Origin: a virus
Taxonomy: Duplodnaviria > Caudoviricetes
Virus record (IMG/VR): IMGVR_UViG_3300044799_000410
Location: 1 to 59,895 of that record
DNA length: 59,895 bases
Reading direction: 5' to 3' (one strand)
Within the stretch, counting starts at the first letter, position 1; each line of letters opens with the position of its first letter. Positions 56,618 through 59,895 of this stretch are shown one piece after another. The notes below the pieces were generated by a model. It saw nothing but the letters and a program-made list of their open reading frames with translations. It was not told where the DNA came from and ran no database searches. Made by a program: the position numbers and the translations under genes.

Positions 56618-57022
56618 ATGACTTTACAACTCTCAACATTAGTACGAAATGCCAGGTTGAACGCAATCGAAACCGTCATCGGCGCTTCTGCCAAACTCGC
56701 TATCCGCACCGGTGCGCAACCGGCCAACTGTGCGGCTGCCAATTCGGGAAGTTTGCTAGCTACAATAACCCTTCCTGCCGATTGGATGGACGCAGCCGCA
56801 TCAGGCTCCAAAGCGAAATTAGGCACGTGGGAAGTGGTGGCAACAGGTGCTGGCATCGCTGCTCATTGGCGTCTATATGCCAACAATGGCACCACCTGCC
56901 ATGCACAGGGCACCGTCACGGTGACTGGTGGAGACGGAGACCTGACCCTGAACGACATTACCATCGAGATCGGTCAGACAGTCACGATTACTGGATCTAC
57001 TTTAACTGATTCGAACGCATGA
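56618..57022 (+). CDS. Virion structural protein
   Basis: RNARLNAI...IRTGAQP...LLATITLP...GTVT..GG.GDL motif common in phage tail modules. Confidence 0.7.
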   Translation: MTLQLSTLVRNARLNAIETVIGASAKLAIRTGAQPANCAAANSGSLLATITLPADWMDAAASGSKAKLGTWEVVATGAGIAAHWRLYANNGTTCHAQGTVTVTGGDGDLTLNDITIEIGQTVTITGSTLTDSNA

Positions 57023-59895
57023 TAATCAACGCGGCTACTGCTAAAGAACTAGAGTACTTTAGAACTGACGGTCAACATAGTCAGTTGTATCTGGCTTTCC
57101 CCCAACCAGCAATAGTATTCAAGGCTCTGGTCAATAATGTCGCTATTAAAAACGACATGATTACCTCCATCCCGTATGATACAGTCACATTTGGCCTTTA
57201 CTCAAATATAATCCCTGACATGACTTTGTTGGTAGGCTCCGATGATGGAGAGTGCGACTTAGGGATCGCACGGATACGCAAGGTTCCTGTTGCGGAAGGG
57301 GTATTATATATCGGTGAAACATCCGAAGTGAAGTTTGCGGACAACATGTATCTGACAGTTATTGATGAATATGGATTGTGGCCACGCCACAAATATGTTC
57401 AGTCAGGTCCCACACATGTTGATTTTATGGATTTTGACATAGCATACACCGACCAGCATTCGCTACTGGATCCAGTGCCTGTATTAGGGCCTGACGTGGT
57501 ACTAGATTACCATGGAATCTTGGGGGAGGGCAACACCATATCTATCACCAGAGATGGTTCAGGATCATATTGCTTAGGATCATCCATTAAACCCGATCCT
57601 GACGGCCACGCGTGGACTGCACCAACTGCATCAGCCACCAGTGGACTGAATACTGCAACTCCTTCTTTCACATTTAACACTCCTGGTACACACCGCATAA
57701 CCGACGACGTTACGGCAGCGAACGGTAAACATTTTGTTGGCCGTCGGATCGTTATGGTATTTGATGATACCTTCCGGCCTGTTAGCGACTTCAAACTCTC
57801 TTCCTGCAGCGGCGATTTTACAGACGGTGGCTGGGAATTCAAAGTAACCATGTATGACAACGCTGCGCGAGGTTTGATTCGTGATCGCGCACAAGTGATC
57901 CTGTTCGCACGTGATTGGTATGGTGATACTGAAAAGAGCATCGGGCCTGTGTCGGGAAGTGAAAATATCATGGCCAGTGGTTGGATAGACAAAGAGGACT
58001 TGAATCTGGATATCAAAGGAGGAACGGCTAAGTTTACTGTTCATGGTCCTCATTACTGGCTCGGCAAAATGGAGGGTTTTATATCCGGCTTGCGTCACAG
58101 TGAAACTGCTCCAACCGAATGGAACTACATGCTAGACTTGACAGTCGATAAGGGCCTGTGGGATCTGCTTCATTGGAAAACTACCGCCACTGTAATGATG
58201 GACATCATATTGACCGGCGTTGTTCAGTTGATACCTACTATGGAATCAGTATCAATAGGTTCTTTATGGGAACAATTAACGGGTATGGCATACAGCACAA
58301 TGTTGGCTACAGCATGTTGCGACCGATATGGACGATTATTTGTCGAGATTAACGGTCAGTATGTCCCGAGAGACGAAAGAAACTTTACTAATGTGATGAC
58401 TGTTGAGGCATACGACCGTACAGGTGAGATAGAACTTGAGCATGTGACCGTTCAACCAGTCAGTCTGATCGACCTTTCAGGTGTGTGGTATGACGGGGTA
58501 ACTGGACATGCGGTAAGGGCACTGGCTCCTGGCCATATCATGGGCAGGTACGGTCAAGAAGAACCAGTCGACAAACTGATCCTAGCAGACCAGGGTCGTT
58601 GTAATGAACTGGCCGCGCTTGTCCTAGCTCAACGTAACAACGAATATCCTAAGATGAGCATTGTGCTAGCCAGTAACATGAGGCTGATAGATATATGTCC
58701 TCAACAGCAATTATACGTGGTCACGTCTACCGATTTAAACCCACGCGAAGTTATTGTTAGTAATAATATATTTGTAAGAAGTATATCATTTGTATTCGAC
58801 GACAAAAGTCAAAGTATATCGGTTGAGGTTGATGGGCAACCTGAGACTGTTGAAATCGTCAATGTAGTTCCAGGCGATATTCCCATTCCTCTCTATCCAC
58901 CTCCAATCCCGCCAATCCCTTGGGTGCCTCCACCATTCCCGCCAATCCTCCCACCTGTTCCGCCGATCCCGCCAATTCCTCCGCCAATCCCTCCGCCTCC
59001 TGGAGACTGTGTAGATTCAACAGGTGTAAATGGCCCGTTCACAGTTAGCTGGGACAGAGTCTGGATTGACGGAAACCCGGCGACCCCCGAGACCCGTAGC
59101 GCTCGGGCATGGTTTTCTTGTACTATTCGTTCGACAAGCGGTGCACTCTGGCCAACACGTCTCGAAATTACTGTTGGGAGCACAGGACCTGGCTATCAAC
59201 ACCTGCATATCTACGGTATCGATAAAAGTGAGGCGCGGATTGCTACCGGAACCCTTACCTTAGTTACATACACAGAAGATTACAAAACATTCTTCTTTGA
59301 TGCCACCTTCGACCTTGCCGGCCCCCTCACTGTTGCAGGGTTTGAATTGACAATTGATGAAGGATATGATACGGTCGGCGCAGAATTTGATTTGGACAAA
59401 CTGGTTGAATACCAACCTGTATCGGGCGTTTATATTGGCGGTACCGGGCAAGCTGAGATCACCGACGTAATGTCCCATACAGTAATGGCTTCGAACCAAA
59501 TTGTTTTTCGTTGGGGCGGATGGTCATTATCTCCAAGTGCTGGATGGACAGGGGACAATCACGATGTCTACTATCAAACACGCATTTTTGGTCAAATCAA
59601 GTTATATCTCAAGGCTGGACAAAAGTCTAAAATTTGGGCTTTTGTTGGTTTACAACCCGGAACTGATATAACTGCCATGAATGGCCCCATTATTCCCCTG
59701 GGTCCAGACTATGGCCCTGGCGTTGGGAACTGGGCATATTACCCCCATTTCAGTAACGAGGCTTTTTGCGATTTTCTGGGTGGGGGCGTAGAGTATTCTG
59801 ATTTGTTCCCCTTCTATGGAGAATGGCAACACGGCGGAGCACAAACTACCCACAATAATCCCTGCATACGCGACGCGCCGGCTGCTGCAGAATTC
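57019..59895 (+). CDS. Large tail tip/hub protein, 987 aa across the junction (missing from ORF track)
   Basis: ATG 57019 (ATGA coupling), open to the window end and on to TGA 212-214; MIINAATAKELEYFR...; PKD-like segment; polyproline linker. Confidence 0.85.
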   Translation, partial: MIINAATAKELEYFRTDGQHSQLYLAFPQPAIVFKALVNNVAIKNDMITSIPYDTVTFGLYSNIIPDMTLLVGSDDGECDLGIARIRKVPVAEGVLYIGETSEVKFADNMYLTVIDEYGLWPRHKYVQSGPTHVDFMDFDIAYTDQHSLLDPVPVLGPDVVLDYHGILGEGNTISITRDGSGSYCLGSSIKPDPDGHAWTAPTASATSGLNTATPSFTFNTPGTHRITDDVTAANGKHFVGRRIVMVFDDTFRPVSDFKLSSCSGDFTDGGWEFKVTMYDNAARGLIRDRAQVILFARDWYGDTEKSIGPVSGSENIMASGWIDKEDLNLDIKGGTAKFTVHGPHYWLGKMEGFISGLRHSETAPTEWNYMLDLTVDKGLWDLLHWKTTATVMMDIILTGVVQLIPTMESVSIGSLWEQLTGMAYSTMLATACCDRYGRLFVEINGQYVPRDERNFTNVMTVEAYDRTGEIELEHVTVQPVSLIDLSGVWYDGVTGHAVRALAPGHIMGRYGQEEPVDKLILADQGRCNELAALVLAQRNNEYPKMSIVLASNMRLIDICPQQQLYVVTSTDLNPREVIVSNNIFVRSISFVFDDKSQSISVEVDGQPETVEIVNVVPGDIPIPLYPPPIPPIPWVPPPFPPILPPVPPIPPIPPPIPPPPGDCVDSTGVNGPFTVSWDRVWIDGNPATPETRSARAWFSCTIRSTSGALWPTRLEITVGSTGPGYQHLHIYGIDKSEARIATGTLTLVTYTEDYKTFFFDATFDLAGPLTVAGFELTIDEGYDTVGAEFDLDKLVEYQPVSGVYIGGTGQAEITDVMSHTVMASNQIVFRWGGWSLSPSAGWTGDNHDVYYQTRIFGQIKLYLKAGQKSKIWAFVGLQPGTDITAMNGPIIPLGPDYGPGVGNWAYYPHFSNEAFCDFLGGGVEYSDLFPFYGEWQHGGAQTTHNNPCIRDAPAAAEF
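59769..59895. repeat. Terminal direct repeat, right copy
   Basis: Identical to bases 1-127. Confidence 0.95.

Noticed and set aside
59769-59895. 127-bp terminal repeat as a biological direct terminal repeat
   Set aside because: It lies in the middle of a coding frame and matches a common assembler k-mer length, so it is best read as a circular assembly overlap
1-59895. Genome-wide stop-codon reassignment (TGA)
   Set aside because: Many genes end in TGA with ATGA coupling, coding density is high under the standard code, and no suppressor tRNA is present
1-59895. CRISPR array, diversity-generating retroelement or integrase/attP
   Set aside because: No regularly spaced repeat-spacer array, reverse transcriptase or recombinase motifs were seen

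Overview
This window is an apparently complete, circularly permuted tailed (siphovirus-like) phage genome of about 59,768 bp. Bases 1-127 are identical to 59769-59895, most likely an assembly overlap. A 987-aa tail gene missed by the ORF track spans that junction (57019 to 214). Two arms diverge at about 28.9 kb and converge at about 5.8-6.5 kb. The leftward arm carries early/accessory genes: ArdC, a beta-clamp-like protein, DUF932, an initiator tRNA, a HerA-like ATPase, DNA methyltransferases and DUF5131. The rightward arm carries terS, about 8 kb of accessory genes, terL, portal, a glycosyl-/methyltransferase cassette, head, tail and lysis genes. I recognise no DNA polymerase, primase, replicative helicase, initiator, integrase or ParAB. 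The most striking signal is non-coding: 5834-6105 looks like a bacterial chromosomal origin, with an AT-rich unwinding element, DnaA-trios, a GC cluster, tandem DnaA boxes and distal boxes. This suggests replication by host-oriC mimicry. Other highlights are a cluster of 16-22 bp CGCG-centred palindromes confined to 22.3-31.0 kb, a roughly 530-nt structured leader RNA heading the early arm, a putative virion-glycosylation cassette, fully overlapping divergent promoters, widespread leaderless promoters plus a leaderless initiator tRNA, and antisense homing endonucleases with their own promoters. Product calls come from motif recognition by eye; no database searches were run.
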